From positions 1 through 64,000 of the forward strand of contig PRDH01000012.1 of NCBI GenBank assembly GCA_003345545.1: a stretch of 64,000 bases of DNA, read 5' to 3'. Shown piece after piece: positions 17,517 to 27,702 of the stretch. The position numbers were made by a program, and so were the translations under genes. The stretch comes from Candidatus Thorarchaeota archaeon. Lineage in GTDB: Archaea > Asgardarchaeota > Thorarchaeia > Thorarchaeales > Thorarchaeaceae. Under the pieces are notes generated by a model. That model made no database searches and was not told the DNA's origin. It saw nothing but the letters and a program-made list of their open reading frames with translations. The first letter of the stretch is position 1. Each line of letters begins with the position of its first letter.

Positions 17517-18188
17517 TCACATATTCAATGTGAGCGAGAGAGCTCTGATCGTGATTGCAGCATCCTCCCCGAAGTTCGCAATGTCTTCCATCATATTGAT
17601 GAAGTCGCGGAATCTCAAGAGAATGGCTATGGGGATACTGGCAGGATAGAGGAGCGTGACAATCTCACGCTGAACAGAGTCAATCTGTTTCTCAAGTCTG
17701 CAGATTTCATCTGCTCGTTTCATCGATTCTTCCATGTTGATTGACAGAAATCGTACTGCTTCCCTCTGCTGAGTGTTCTCTTCTATCGCAAGCTCGTTCA
17801 ATTTGGCTATCTTTCCCTTTAGCTCACCTTCAGGACGCCAAGACCCTGCAATGGCAGCCAAATGATACAAGCACCACTCCGCGCCATCAGCCAATTTGTC
17901 ATTATAATGCACGAGACGCAGAAGATCCTCACGCTGTATCAGGCTGTTTGCTTTTGCAAGTTCAACGAGTATGGTGTGCTTCAGATCATCACCCTTCTCC
18001 TCGAGAGCTGTGATAGCCTTGAGGTCTTCGGCTGGAATGCTGGTCTTTCCAGATAGCCAGTCATTTACAGCATTATATACCATCTTGCTAGCAGATAACG
18101 CAGCTCGAAAATGCTCCTCTAACATCTGAGTTATGTTTCCAAGTTCTGAACTGAGAAATCTGTCTTGATCCAACACCAATTTGCACAC
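17517..18188 (-). CDS. DUF47/PhoU-like phosphate transport regulator
   Basis: LEEKGDDLK, REDLLRL..DKLAD, LEKQID, EDIANFGEDAA repeats. Confidence 0.85.
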   Translation of the reverse strand: MCKLVLDQDRFLSSELGNITQMLEEHFRAALSASKMVYNAVNDWLSGKTSIPAEDLKAITALEEKGDDLKHTILVELAKANSLIQREDLLRLVHYNDKLADGAEWCLYHLAAIAGSWRPEGELKGKIAKLNELAIEENTQQREAVRFLSINMEESMKRADEICRLEKQIDSVQREIVTLLYPASIPIAILLRFRDFINMMEDIANFGEDAAITIRALSLTLNM

Positions 18189-18261
18189 CTACTTGAGCTG
18201 CTGTCGAGTGGAGTATCTTTTTAATTCTTCTGGATGTCGGTTGGGAGCAGGAAATGATAGC

Positions 18262-19065
18262 ATGGAACTCTGGCAAATAGTAGTCGCGCTCTTGCAGGGA
18301 TTTCTCGAATGGCTCCCAATCAGCAGCGAAGGGCAGGTCCTGTTCTTTATCAATAATTTCACGGAAATAACACCAGACGCAGCGCTGATCCTAGCAGTGT
18401 GGCTCCATTTGGGCACTGCTCTTGCAGTCGTTGCACGCTATCCTAGGATAATGCTTGATATCATATCACTGAAAGACAAGACTCTGCTTCGGTTACTGCT
18501 CATTGCCACAGTCGCCACTGCCATCACGGCTATTCCGCTGTACGTGTTTCTGAAAGACAGTATTAACGTCTTTCAGGGAGAGATACTCAACGCCCTTGTG
18601 GGCGTGCTGCTCTTGGTTACTGCATTGGCACTGTACCTGCCTACCCGGCAAGGGAAAAGTGCAGACTCTGTCGATGTAAAGACCCCGACAGACAAGGAGG
18701 CAATCCTGACTGGTCTTGTTCAGGGAACTTCAGTATTGCCCGGGCTCAGCCGATCGGGTGTCACGGTATCTGCTTTACTCATGCAAAAGGTCGACAGAGA
18801 GACTGCACTGAGATTCAGCTTCCTAATGAGTGTTCCAGCTGTCATAGGCATTCTTGGCCTGGAGATTCTGACGGGCAACCCAATACCGCAGAGTGTAGGT
18901 CTATTCGACCTGATCATCATCGAGGCGATTGTATTTGTTGTTGGTCTAGCCTCGATGGAGTTGCTTCTTCGATTGGCGAGATGGCTCAATTTCTGGAAGC
19001 TATGTCTCATTCTCGCATGCATTGCAATAGCTTTCGGAATTCCAGCTCTATTCAATATTGCCTAG
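18262..19065 (+). CDS. uppP: Undecaprenyl-diphosphate phosphatase (BacA/UppP family)
   Basis: QGFLEWLPISSEG, HLGT, PGLSRSGVT, RFSFLMSVPA. Confidence 0.92.
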   Translation: MELWQIVVALLQGFLEWLPISSEGQVLFFINNFTEITPDAALILAVWLHLGTALAVVARYPRIMLDIISLKDKTLLRLLLIATVATAITAIPLYVFLKDSINVFQGEILNALVGVLLLVTALALYLPTRQGKSADSVDVKTPTDKEAILTGLVQGTSVLPGLSRSGVTVSALLMQKVDRETALRFSFLMSVPAVIGILGLEILTGNPIPQSVGLFDLIIIEAIVFVVGLASMELLLRLARWLNFWKLCLILACIAIAFGIPALFNIA

Positions 19066-19787
19066 GAGTGGTCTGCACGTTTCTGGAAGATCATCGCGAT
19101 TGGAGAGTTCGCCTTGCGCCACTCAGCCAGTTTGCCTTCGTAGTCAAGAGGGACTGGATGTCGGCCATGATTGCCGATTATGATGAACAATGTTTCATCT
19201 CGCGCCTGTCTGAGTAGAACCTTTATCCAGTTGTCAGTTCGTCGAACTATTTTCTCAAGAAGGGTCTTGGGCGGGGTCCGATGTCCATACTGAGCATAGA
19301 GGCTCTCAAAGTCCAAAAAGTGGAGATATAGAAGCTCACTCTTGAAGATGTACTTAGTAGCCTCAATATATGTTGCCATGTCATCATGTGGGGTGACCGT
19401 ATACGCAGAGTCGAATCCCAAGGTAGCTTGGTCAGCCTCCCTGCATATGACCTTGATCACTTTGCCACAGTCTTTGATGTGTTTGATCATATGAAAGTCG
19501 GAACGAGGTCCCTGCAAGAGAGTCTTGATCAGAGGAATTGCGTAGGGGTCATCAGTCTCGAGGAGGGCAAGAGCCTCCATGTTCTTGATGAGTGCCTCAG
19601 GCTTGTAGACGACTGCTTCAAAGAGCCCAAAGTTGTCGATGACAACCATAACCACAGCCTTGGGACTGAACTTGCTGACCAGTTCTTCATTTGCTGGATA
19701 CAGCCCTTCTGGAATCTCTAGGCCGAGTAGTCTAAGGATAGTAGAGGGAAACTCGACTGCTGTGGTTCGGACTTGCGGGAACGACAT
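19062..19787 (-). CDS. Alkaline phosphatase-superfamily-like protein, divergent
   Basis: MVVIDNFG, LYLHFLDFE and IIIGNHG match the core strands of the AlkP/PglZ fold. Confidence 0.6.
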   Translation of the reverse strand: MSFPQVRTTAVEFPSTILRLLGLEIPEGLYPANEELVSKFSPKAVVMVVIDNFGLFEAVVYKPEALIKNMEALALLETDDPYAIPLIKTLLQGPRSDFHMIKHIKDCGKVIKVICREADQATLGFDSAYTVTPHDDMATYIEATKYIFKSELLYLHFLDFESLYAQYGHRTPPKTLLEKIVRRTDNWIKVLLRQARDETLFIIIGNHGRHPVPLDYEGKLAEWRKANSPIAMIFQKRADHS

Positions 19788-19953
19788 TCCTCTTTCCTCA
19801 ATACACTGCTTACTCTTGTGAATCGACCTATTGAATAAGCTTTGGTGACTGTCCTACGATGACATGACCTCTCTGCCCCAATTCAGAATCCCTCTTTAAC
19901 CTATGGAAGCATTAATAGAGAAACCAGACAATCAGCCGTTCAGAGGTCTTGGA

Positions 19954-20919
19954 ATGACTCTCAAAGATATCATCTACAGTGACTCGGTCAAGTTCATCCT
20001 CTCGGGAGGTAAAGGAGGAGTTGGAAAGACAAGTTGCGCTGGTGCGATAGCAGTGCTGTCAGCACAGCATGGGTTTCGAACTCTGGTCTTATCGACTGAT
20101 CCGGCACATAGTCTCAGTGACAGCTTCAACCAGAACCTCTCAGGGGGAGAAGTCATTCCTATCGAGGGATTCGACAATCTCTGGGCGATGGAAATAAGCA
20201 CTGAGAAGGGAATGCAGCAGTTCCAAGATATTATCGGGGACGGATCTGCTGGTCCTGAGGCACAGATGGCAGCGAATCTTATGGGCGACATGACAGGCAT
20301 GACACCACCCGGGTCGGATGAAGCAATGGCATTCGGAAAGATACTCGAGTTCATCGAAGACTCCTCCTATGATCGGGTCATCTTCGATACTGCACCCACA
20401 GGTCATACTCTGAAACTCCTTGAATTGCCAGACCTTCTAGATAGTTGGCTGGGCAAAATCATGACCCTTCGTCAGCGATTGAGCGCGATGATGGGTGGAC
20501 TCAGAAGTATGTTTGGCGGCGGAAAGCAAGAAGAAGACAGCTCCTGGGAGATGATTCAACAGACTAAGGATAAGATTCGGGCGGCCCGTATCGAACTCTC
20601 AGATCCGGACACCACGCAGTTTGTTGTGGTCATGATTCCAGAGGCAATGGCAGTCTTCGAAACGCAACGTCTGCTCGCTAGTCTAGACAAATGGCATATC
20701 CCTGCCACCAATATGGTCGTGAATCAGCTTGTTCCTCCCAATCCATCCTGCAAGTTCTGCACAAAACGATATGAGATGCAACAGACGAATCTCAAAGACA
20801 TTAGAGACCTGTTCTCCGACATCGACATCACGGAGGTTCCACTGTTTGATGGAGAGATAAGAGGAATCGAAGAACTCACACGGCTGGGCATGATTCTGAT
20901 TGGAAACACGGAGGACTGA
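19954..20919 (+). CDS. Get3/TRC40-type ArsA-family ATPase
   Basis: GGKGGVGKTS, STDPAH, DTAPTGHT, Met/Gly-rich helical insert (MMGGLRSMFGGG), CKFC zinc motif; single ATPase domain. Confidence 0.9.
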   Translation: MTLKDIIYSDSVKFILSGGKGGVGKTSCAGAIAVLSAQHGFRTLVLSTDPAHSLSDSFNQNLSGGEVIPIEGFDNLWAMEISTEKGMQQFQDIIGDGSAGPEAQMAANLMGDMTGMTPPGSDEAMAFGKILEFIEDSSYDRVIFDTAPTGHTLKLLELPDLLDSWLGKIMTLRQRLSAMMGGLRSMFGGGKQEEDSSWEMIQQTKDKIRAARIELSDPDTTQFVVVMIPEAMAVFETQRLLASLDKWHIPATNMVVNQLVPPNPSCKFCTKRYEMQQTNLKDIRDLFSDIDITEVPLFDGEIRGIEELTRLGMILIGNTED

Positions 20920-20921
20920 AC

Positions 20922-21023
20922 TTGAAACGTGAGACCAGAAGGAAGGTGTACTCTATCATCTTTCTGATTTTGCTCCTTGTATCAGCTGCGGTGACAACGA
21001 TGCTAATCCTTGGCATGATATGA
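20922..21023 (+). CDS. 33-aa tail-anchored-type membrane peptide (not in ORF track)
   Basis: TTG start 2 nt after the Get3 stop, SD GGAGG; MKRETRRKVYSIIFLILLLVSAAVTTMLILGMI*. Confidence 0.6.
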   Translation: MKRETRRKVYSIIFLILLLVSAAVTTMLILGMI

Positions 21024-21044
21024 TGGGCAAAATGAGTGAATTCT

Positions 21045-21188
21045 TCATGCGCCCTTCACGCGTTTCACTACTGGTGGACGGACTTTGTAAAGAATTCTCC
21101 CACCGCAGTATGGACATTTGACGCCTGGCAGTGTCCTAAGGCCATCTGGGGTTACTTCACGATGACAGTTATGACAGGTGTATACCAC
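21045..21188 (-). CDS. rpoP: DNA-directed RNA polymerase subunit P/Rpo12 (not in ORF track)
   Basis: MVYTCHNCHREVTPDGLRTLPGVKCPYCGGRILYKVRPPVVKRVKGA*; GTG start with GGTGG SD. Confidence 0.93.
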   Translation of the reverse strand: MVYTCHNCHREVTPDGLRTLPGVKCPYCGGRILYKVRPPVVKRVKGA

Positions 21189-21243
21189 GGTGTGCCACCG
21201 TTCTGACTCCCGGAGCCTTAGCAATATGAAGCTTTGCCTAGAG

Positions 21244-22848
21244 CTATCTTGATTCGAGTTCTGGTTCTCGAACGATCTCGCCCTCTACAAGTCCGCTGCT
21301 CAGGACCCTTTGAATTCTGACCTGGAGCATTGTGCCTGCCGAAAATCCCCCGGGAACTGTCATAAGCGGACCTTCCTGCAGGGGGTATACCATGGTATAA
21401 CCGACTTGTGCCCAAGACGGCTCAGCAGCTATCCCCTGTACGACTCGTCCAAGATAGTCAGTCTTCTTTTTTCGATTGACTCTCTCTGCCTCTCGACGGA
21501 GCTGTGCCCCGAACTCGTCCCTAGTTGAAGACTCCGGAAAACCCTCGAAAGCAGACCCGGGCAGAGATCTGAAACCATAGAGAATGATTCTCTCAGCCCC
21601 AGCATCACTGAGAGCCCGCATCATCCTGATTGATTCCTTTGTGCTCTCTGCATCCTCTCCCGGTAGCCCATAGATGAAATACACGAAGGGTTTCATGCCA
21701 TGGTCTACTGCTATACGTACTGCAGTAAGCACGTCACTAGGGCTTCCACACTTGCCGATGGCCTTAAAGTGTTCGTCAGACCCAGTTTCAATGCCAATAT
21801 TCGGAGAGCTTGATATCTTCGACTCATTCAACGCCAGCGCAACAGCTTCAGTGAACAGACACGCTTTCATGTTCTCGATGGCTATGTGTGCTGTTCCGTC
21901 CACAAGTTGAGGAAGAGAGTTGAGTTGACCAAGGAGACCTCGGATGGCATCAAGATTAGCAGGGGGAAAGCAAGGATCTGTGAGTGGTTCACTACCACGC
22001 ATATAGTCAAGGAATCCAGGAGACTCAAGCACGATTCGGTGTGCGCCAAGCTCCAGCAGTCCCTTCACCTCCTGCATAATCACAGCAGAGGAACGGCTTC
22101 TTGGAGGCCCCCATGTACTCGGAACACTGCAGAAACCACAGCCGGGAGGAATATCCTCCGGGCAATTCATTCTAACATCAAGTTTCTCTGAGTCACAGTT
22201 TCCACAATCGGAACACTGCCTTCCATTCCTGAGGGGGAGGGTCGTCCTTCTGAAATTCGAACATCCCCGAGTCACCTCGACATAGATCTTACTCGCCTGA
22301 TAGGCAGGATAATCGATAATCCTGGTTATTGAGGGCATGTAATCCCGTGAGAGTGCCTCTGTCGTGATGAACTCACGAGCTGGTGTCACATGGATCCCGT
22401 TAGCTCCCCGAAAAGCAATCCCCTTGACTGATGATAGATCGATGGGGTCTTCAAAGAAGTGCCGAGTCACCAACTCCTCAAGCGTAGCCTCTCCTTCTCC
22501 CATCACCAATACATCAGCGCTCAGTTCCCTCAGGACCTCAGGGTTGGATGCGATAGGGCCTCCAATGATTGTCCTTCCAGAGGAACGAGATCTATGTTGC
22601 CATTGCTTCATCAGCGTCTTCACAACAGGAGAATCCATGGTCATAGCACTGATAGCTAGGTGGTCGAACTGCTGGAGGATACTCTTCTTGGATAAGACCT
22701 CTTCTGCCCTACGAATTCTGCAATTCAGCCCGTGTTTCTCGAGAATGCCTGCAACGGACCTTGGTCCGCATCCTATGGAGTCACGTGAGCTGCGACGTTG
22801 GCCAGTGCCTGTACTCAATGCATCAATGATCAAGATTCGGCCTGTCAT
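21244..22848 (-). CDS. B12-binding radical SAM protein with TRAM-like C-terminus
   Basis: IIGGP, VMGEGE, EVTRGC...GCGFC split motif, GIETGS, FIYGLPGE. Confidence 0.88.
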   Translation of the reverse strand: MTGRILIIDALSTGTGQRRSSRDSIGCGPRSVAGILEKHGLNCRIRRAEEVLSKKSILQQFDHLAISAMTMDSPVVKTLMKQWQHRSRSSGRTIIGGPIASNPEVLRELSADVLVMGEGEATLEELVTRHFFEDPIDLSSVKGIAFRGANGIHVTPAREFITTEALSRDYMPSITRIIDYPAYQASKIYVEVTRGCSNFRRTTLPLRNGRQCSDCGNCDSEKLDVRMNCPEDIPPGCGFCSVPSTWGPPRSRSSAVIMQEVKGLLELGAHRIVLESPGFLDYMRGSEPLTDPCFPPANLDAIRGLLGQLNSLPQLVDGTAHIAIENMKACLFTEAVALALNESKISSSPNIGIETGSDEHFKAIGKCGSPSDVLTAVRIAVDHGMKPFVYFIYGLPGEDAESTKESIRMMRALSDAGAERIILYGFRSLPGSAFEGFPESSTRDEFGAQLRREAERVNRKKKTDYLGRVVQGIAAEPSWAQVGYTMVYPLQEGPLMTVPGGFSAGTMLQVRIQRVLSSGLVEGEIVREPELESR

Positions 22849-23062
22849 GTGTCTAAATTGAGATGCAAGATCGTACTTTACTCTTGCCCAACGAGTATGA
22901 CGATTCTACCCTGACGTTCATCCTGTGCTGCAGGCAGAGGTTGACTACAGGCAGTTGTCCTTTTGATGCGTTTGGTGCCTTCTAAGAAGAGTATTTATAT
23001 GCTCAGAGTGAAAAGCCTCCCCAAGTATATTGCTAAACCAAATCTAAGGAGTACATGACTTA

Positions 23063-23407
23063 GTGAGTAATGACGATGGCGGAATATGCCCCAATTGTGG
23101 GTTACCTACGGATCTGTGCGTCTGTGAGACCATCGCACAGGAAGAGGCTCGGATTACTGTGAGTATAGAGCGAAGAAAATGGGGCCGGTTGACCACTATT
23201 GTCGAGGGTTTTGACAAGAGTATTGACCTCGGTGACCTGGCTACAAAACTTAAGGCCAAGCTTGCTTGCGGAGGAGCAGCAAAACACGGCCATATCGAAC
23301 TTCAAGGAGACCATCGGGGAGTCATTGGAGAAGTTCTAGCGAAGCTTGGATTTCCAGATGAGATGGTCCAGATTGATTGGTCCTTCGTATCTACTGGAAG
23401 AGGGTAA
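23063..23407 (+). CDS. Translation initiation factor aIF1/SUI1
   Basis: CPNCGLP.DLCVC, RRKWGR..T.VEG, LK.KLACGG, IELQGDHR; TTTATAT box near 22994. Confidence 0.95.
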   Translation: MSNDDGGICPNCGLPTDLCVCETIAQEEARITVSIERRKWGRLTTIVEGFDKSIDLGDLATKLKAKLACGGAAKHGHIELQGDHRGVIGEVLAKLGFPDEMVQIDWSFVSTGRG

Positions 23408-23460
23408 TTACGCCCTCCGAAACTCCTATTTCATAACTGAGTAATCTACAGGCAACAAGA

Positions 23461-24441
23461 TCAGAAGTCCATAGGTTCCAGACCTAGGGAGTCGATACCC
23501 AGCTTCTTGACTATCTCCTTGTACCTGTTCCTTACAGTGACTTCGGTCACTCTAGCAACCTCAGCGATCTCTCGCTGAGTCCGCCGCTCATCAAGCATGA
23601 TTGAGGCCACGTAGATGGCAGCAGCCGCTAGCCCAAGTGGGTCGCGACCGATCGTGAGGCCTATATCCCGGCTCTGTTGTAGTATCTCGACAGTCCGAAG
23701 TTGCACAGGGCTTGACAGCTCAAGCTGGCATGCAAACCGTGAGATGTAGTCAATGGGATTGGAGAGGGGAATCTTGATGTCAAGACTTCGAAGAAGTAAC
23801 CGATAACACTGGCCAAGTTTCTTGCGGTCAATTCGTGATCCATCAGCCACTTCATCAAGGGGTCGTGGCTTCAAACGTATTCTGCAGGCAGCATAGAGAG
23901 TAGCTGCGACCATCGCCTCTATTGAACGACCGCGGACTAGTTTCTTGATAATTGACTTTCTATAGAGGAGCGCAGCAAGCTCGCGAATTGGTTCTGGAAT
24001 GCCAAGTTGTGACGAGAGTCTCTCAAGCTCGGACATCGCCTGAGCAAGATTCCGATCGAGAGAACTATGAACGCGACTACGTATCTGCCATTTGCGAAGC
24101 CGGTAGATTTCGGATCTCCTAGTCGGACTGAGTTTCTTTCCTGCAGTATCACGGTCTCGCCAGTCAATAATCGTACTGAGCCCTTTGTCGTGCACGGTGT
24201 AGCGGAGCGGAGCACCTACTCGACTCCGTGAATCACTCTCCTCTGAGCTGAAAGCTCTCCACTCAGCACCTGTATCAATTCGGTGGTCTGAGAGTACAAG
24301 TCCACATCCGCCGCAGACTCGTTCACCGCGAGTAGAGTCCTCTACAACAATTGCCGATTTGCACTCAGGGCACCTCAGAATTTCGACAGTCGCTTCCGAT
24401 GCTCCTTCTTTTTTGTCCTCGGCGCTTCCTGTGCGGTCCAA
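23461..24441 (-). CDS. tfb: Transcription initiation factor IIB, paralog 2
   Basis: CPEC..CGGC ribbon, GAEWRAF, RSRVGAP, LVRGRSIE, GRDPLGLAAAAIY. Confidence 0.97.
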   Translation of the reverse strand: MDRTGSAEDKKEGASEATVEILRCPECKSAIVVEDSTRGERVCGGCGLVLSDHRIDTGAEWRAFSSEESDSRSRVGAPLRYTVHDKGLSTIIDWRDRDTAGKKLSPTRRSEIYRLRKWQIRSRVHSSLDRNLAQAMSELERLSSQLGIPEPIRELAALLYRKSIIKKLVRGRSIEAMVAATLYAACRIRLKPRPLDEVADGSRIDRKKLGQCYRLLLRSLDIKIPLSNPIDYISRFACQLELSSPVQLRTVEILQQSRDIGLTIGRDPLGLAAAAIYVASIMLDERRTQREIAEVARVTEVTVRNRYKEIVKKLGIDSLGLEPMDF

Positions 24442-24629
24442 TCGCTCTCCTCCGATGTGTAGGAACCGGTTTAAGACCGTCAGTATTCACTGTCATATCG
24501 ATGTACCGATGACAGTCTCCCAGGACCCACAATAACAAAACTACGGAAAAAATACTTTTAATCCTTCTGTGTCCACCGAAAATCGATTCGGCAAGGGACT
24601 ATGTAATGAAATGTGCATCTCAGAGAAGG

Positions 24630-25571
24630 CTAGGTGGTCTGTTCATGTCCTTTCTCAGTGATAATGACAGTGTGTTCATGCTGGGACACAAACTGACCCT
24701 TCTCTTCAGCTAGGATATGATGCGCGTATAGGACACCATTCTGGCGAAGCTCTCTGATTGCCATCTTGAGTGTCGCATGCTTCATGCGCTCTGCGAGCCA
24801 GCGTTCAGCGAACGGGAACTCTCTGTATTCCTTTCTAGCAATCCCTAGGAACTGTTTCGAACCAGCAAACCGTAATGGGACACGTATCGGAAGAAGCTGA
24901 TAGATTGTGGGGTTGGGTAGATCAGTTATGTTCCCAGAACCTGTACTTGCAAAGGTCTCGACAGCATAGACTTCTCCTGCTTCAACCAAGACCTCGGATT
25001 TCCCACCAACACATGGCACCTGTTTTTCAGCGTGAAGCTCATATTCCTTCAGCTGGTGTCCTGTAAGCTGTTTGATGGGCTTGAACCCTGCCTTGGTGAT
25101 GGTATCTTCGATGAGCGCACCGATTGTATTGAGCTTCGCGCCGGGGCGCATCATCTTGACAGCTACATTGGTGGCATCCTCAGCGGCCTTCACGAGATCC
25201 TGATGATCAGGATTCAGAGCCACTGTGAATGCAGTATCCGCAATACAACCGTCAACATGGGAACCACAGTCTACGGTGACAAGATCGCCTTTCTGGAGAG
25301 TGGTTTCATCATTGAGGGGTGAGGTATAATGTGCCGCAATGTTGTTCAGTGATACATTGCATGGAAACGATGTTCCTGAGGAGTTCGCGCGGATGTAGTT
25401 CTCAACGGTATTGATGATATCAAGAACCTTGATTCCGGGCTCAATCATTGGTCGAGCAAGGGCGAGAGCCTCACGTGCCACTGCTCCTGCACGCCGCCAC
25501 TTTTCCCAGACATCCTTGTTCTCGTTGTCGTCTTCTTTCTCTTTTGGCATTTCATCCGGCACAGTAACCAC
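24630..25571 (-). CDS. map: Methionine aminopeptidase type II
   Basis: FPCNVSLNNIAAHY, DCGSHVDGCIADTA, LTGH, AVETF, SQHEHT. Confidence 0.95.
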   Translation of the reverse strand: MVTVPDEMPKEKEDDNENKDVWEKWRRAGAVAREALALARPMIEPGIKVLDIINTVENYIRANSSGTSFPCNVSLNNIAAHYTSPLNDETTLQKGDLVTVDCGSHVDGCIADTAFTVALNPDHQDLVKAAEDATNVAVKMMRPGAKLNTIGALIEDTITKAGFKPIKQLTGHQLKEYELHAEKQVPCVGGKSEVLVEAGEVYAVETFASTGSGNITDLPNPTIYQLLPIRVPLRFAGSKQFLGIARKEYREFPFAERWLAERMKHATLKMAIRELRQNGVLYAHHILAEEKGQFVSQHEHTVIITEKGHEQTT

Positions 25572-25626
25572 CGACCTGACTGCTCGTCATTGGTGGGACA
25601 GATAAAAGTGACGATGGAGCAGAAAC

Positions 25627-26034
25627 CTATGATAGTACTTGTTCAATACGTCGTGCAGTTCTGGACATTGAGAAGAACATGTATCCAATGTTGGCACGCT
25701 TATTGGTCAGAACGGCAAGGATTGCATCATTCCCAGCATCACAGATGATGACATATCCACTCTCTCCCTCGATGAGCATCCTAATGAGAGAACCGCGCTT
25801 CAGTTGCTTGAACACCTTTCTGGTAGCCTCTTGTATCTGAATGGTGCGTCCTGCAATGACATCCTCTTCAGGAATCCGCTTCTCATCAGGACCTTCAGGG
25901 TACAGGGAGTATATAGGAAGTCCTTGCGACTTTGAGATGATAGCACTCGCTTCCACATTGCCTTGGGAGGCTCTACTCAAATCTAGAAGAAGTTCTTTCA
26001 GTAACTCAGTCTTTGAGGACAAGCTATAGCGCAC
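25627..26034 (-). CDS. Roadblock/LC7 domain protein
   Basis: ASAIISKSQGLPI, MLIEGESGYVII, AILAVL..K..NIG. Confidence 0.85.
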   Translation of the reverse strand: MRYSLSSKTELLKELLLDLSRASQGNVEASAIISKSQGLPIYSLYPEGPDEKRIPEEDVIAGRTIQIQEATRKVFKQLKRGSLIRMLIEGESGYVIICDAGNDAILAVLTNKRANIGYMFFSMSRTARRIEQVLS

Positions 26035-26073
26035 CTCCCAGAGGAGACTGAGTGAAAAGGGGTTGTCAAGTAT

Positions 26074-26874
26074 TTAAACTCTCTTGGCGCCTGCTTCCTT
26101 CAAGGCTTTGACTATCTTCTTCAGTCCTTCACCCTTGTCTTTTTGAACATATTTCTCGAGATAGGTCCCTTGGACAACTATTGATGCTCCAGCCTCTATG
26201 GCACCGACCACAGACGCTGCATCATTAAAGCCTCCTCCGGTAATCACAGGAATCTCGATGAACTTCGAAACCATGGCTATCATCTCAGGAGGCACACCTC
26301 CGCCTTCTGCTCCGCTGCCAGCTTCAAGATAGACAAGCTTCATGCCAAGAAGTTCGGCAGCAATGGCATACATCGCTGGAATCTTGGGCTTGTCCCGAAG
26401 GAAGGGTTTTGCGTCGCCGACCCATGCTGCAGTCTTCCCGGGAGCCACCATGAGATACGCCATTGGGATTGTCTCAATACCGGCGAGTTTGATTTTCGGT
26501 GCCGCTAGAGCCTGTGCTCCAATGATCCAGTAGGGATTTGTGCTGTTGAGAAGAGTCATGAAGAACATTGCGTCCGCGTATTCAGAAACCCCTGTGATAT
26601 TGCCGGGAAAGAGGATCGTTGGAATATCAATAGCCTCGTTGATCTCACGCACTGCGTCGTCAATCACACCAAAGACTGTGCTTCCACCTATCATTGCCGC
26701 ATCGCTGCCTGCCTTCTCAGCAAGTTTAGCAATCTCTACAACATCTTCGATAGTTGTAGAAAGTGGATCAGGATCAAGTAGGGAGAAATGAAGTGCACCC
26801 TCAGTCTCTAGCTTCTCCGTGATGTAGCTCCAGACCTTGCCTGGCATTATGAAACCTCCATCGGATATGGCCAT
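26074..26874 (-). CDS. Geranylgeranylglyceryl phosphate synthase
   Basis: LLDPD, MIGGS, ILFPG, VYLEAGSGA, ITGGG. Confidence 0.93.
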   Translation of the reverse strand: MAISDGGFIMPGKVWSYITEKLETEGALHFSLLDPDPLSTTIEDVVEIAKLAEKAGSDAAMIGGSTVFGVIDDAVREINEAIDIPTILFPGNITGVSEYADAMFFMTLLNSTNPYWIIGAQALAAPKIKLAGIETIPMAYLMVAPGKTAAWVGDAKPFLRDKPKIPAMYAIAAELLGMKLVYLEAGSGAEGGGVPPEMIAMVSKFIEIPVITGGGFNDAASVVGAIEAGASIVVQGTYLEKYVQKDKGEGLKKIVKALKEAGAKRV

Positions 26875-27013
26875 CCGGTCCCAGCGTGCTTTTTACACTT
26901 TTGGTGGGATTTTCCACTAGATTAATGTCTATCTAGGTAGGCTGCATTCTCATCAAATACCTCAACGTGCAATTCGACGCTGTTGCCCGGGAGAGTACTG
27001 TGCCGGTGAGCTA

Positions 27014-27649
27014 GTGGTCAGTGAAAGTATGAAGGATGTGACGGTGGCCATCTTGGCTGGAGGTGACTCAAGACGATTCGGTTCAGATAAGGCCTTGAAG
27101 GAGTTTCAAGGGCGGCCTCTAGTATCACATATGCTTGACATCGCTCGGGAGATTTCGCCCACTGTCCTTGTCGTAGTGTCAGATGGTGAACATCTTGAGA
27201 GGATCAAGCCGCACATCAAAATGGGACGTGTTGTCGTGGACCCAGAGGACAGCACGAAGTCAGCCTTGAATGGAGCTGTCACTGCATTTGAGCACGCAGA
27301 AACGGACTACACACTGCTACTGCCAATTGATACACCCCTTGCGAGGCCAAGCCTGTTGAAGATACTTGTGGAGATGAGTCCTAAGCACGGAGCTGTAGTG
27401 CCCTCATGGCCATCTGGATATATCGAGCCGCTTCACTCGGTCTACATGACAGAGCATGCCTATTATCACGGACTAAAGGTCTTGGGGCAGAAGTCATTCG
27501 AGATGCACAGCCTACTTAATCGACTCCAAAATGTCTTGTATGTGTCAACAGAAGCCCTGAAGCAGTTTGACGCCAAACTTGAAACCTTCAAGAATTTCAA
27601 TACATTGGGCGAATTGAAGGCTGCAGAGGGAAAGTACCGGAGCAAATGA
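27014..27649 (+). CDS. mobA: Molybdenum cofactor guanylyltransferase
   Basis: ILAGGDSRRFGSDKA, PIDTP, IEPLHSVY, FKNFNT. Confidence 0.9.
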   Translation: MVSESMKDVTVAILAGGDSRRFGSDKALKEFQGRPLVSHMLDIAREISPTVLVVVSDGEHLERIKPHIKMGRVVVDPEDSTKSALNGAVTAFEHAETDYTLLLPIDTPLARPSLLKILVEMSPKHGAVVPSWPSGYIEPLHSVYMTEHAYYHGLKVLGQKSFEMHSLLNRLQNVLYVSTEALKQFDAKLETFKNFNTLGELKAAEGKYRSK

Positions 27650-27702
27650 CCTGCGAGTCTTCTGAGAGTTTCGGTAGATGGACTTCGGTTCAGGCGAGAT
27701 CC

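Noticed and set aside
19954-20919. Arsenite-pump ArsA call
   Set aside because: Single ATPase domain with a Get3-type insert; no arsB/acr3/arsD/arsR nearby
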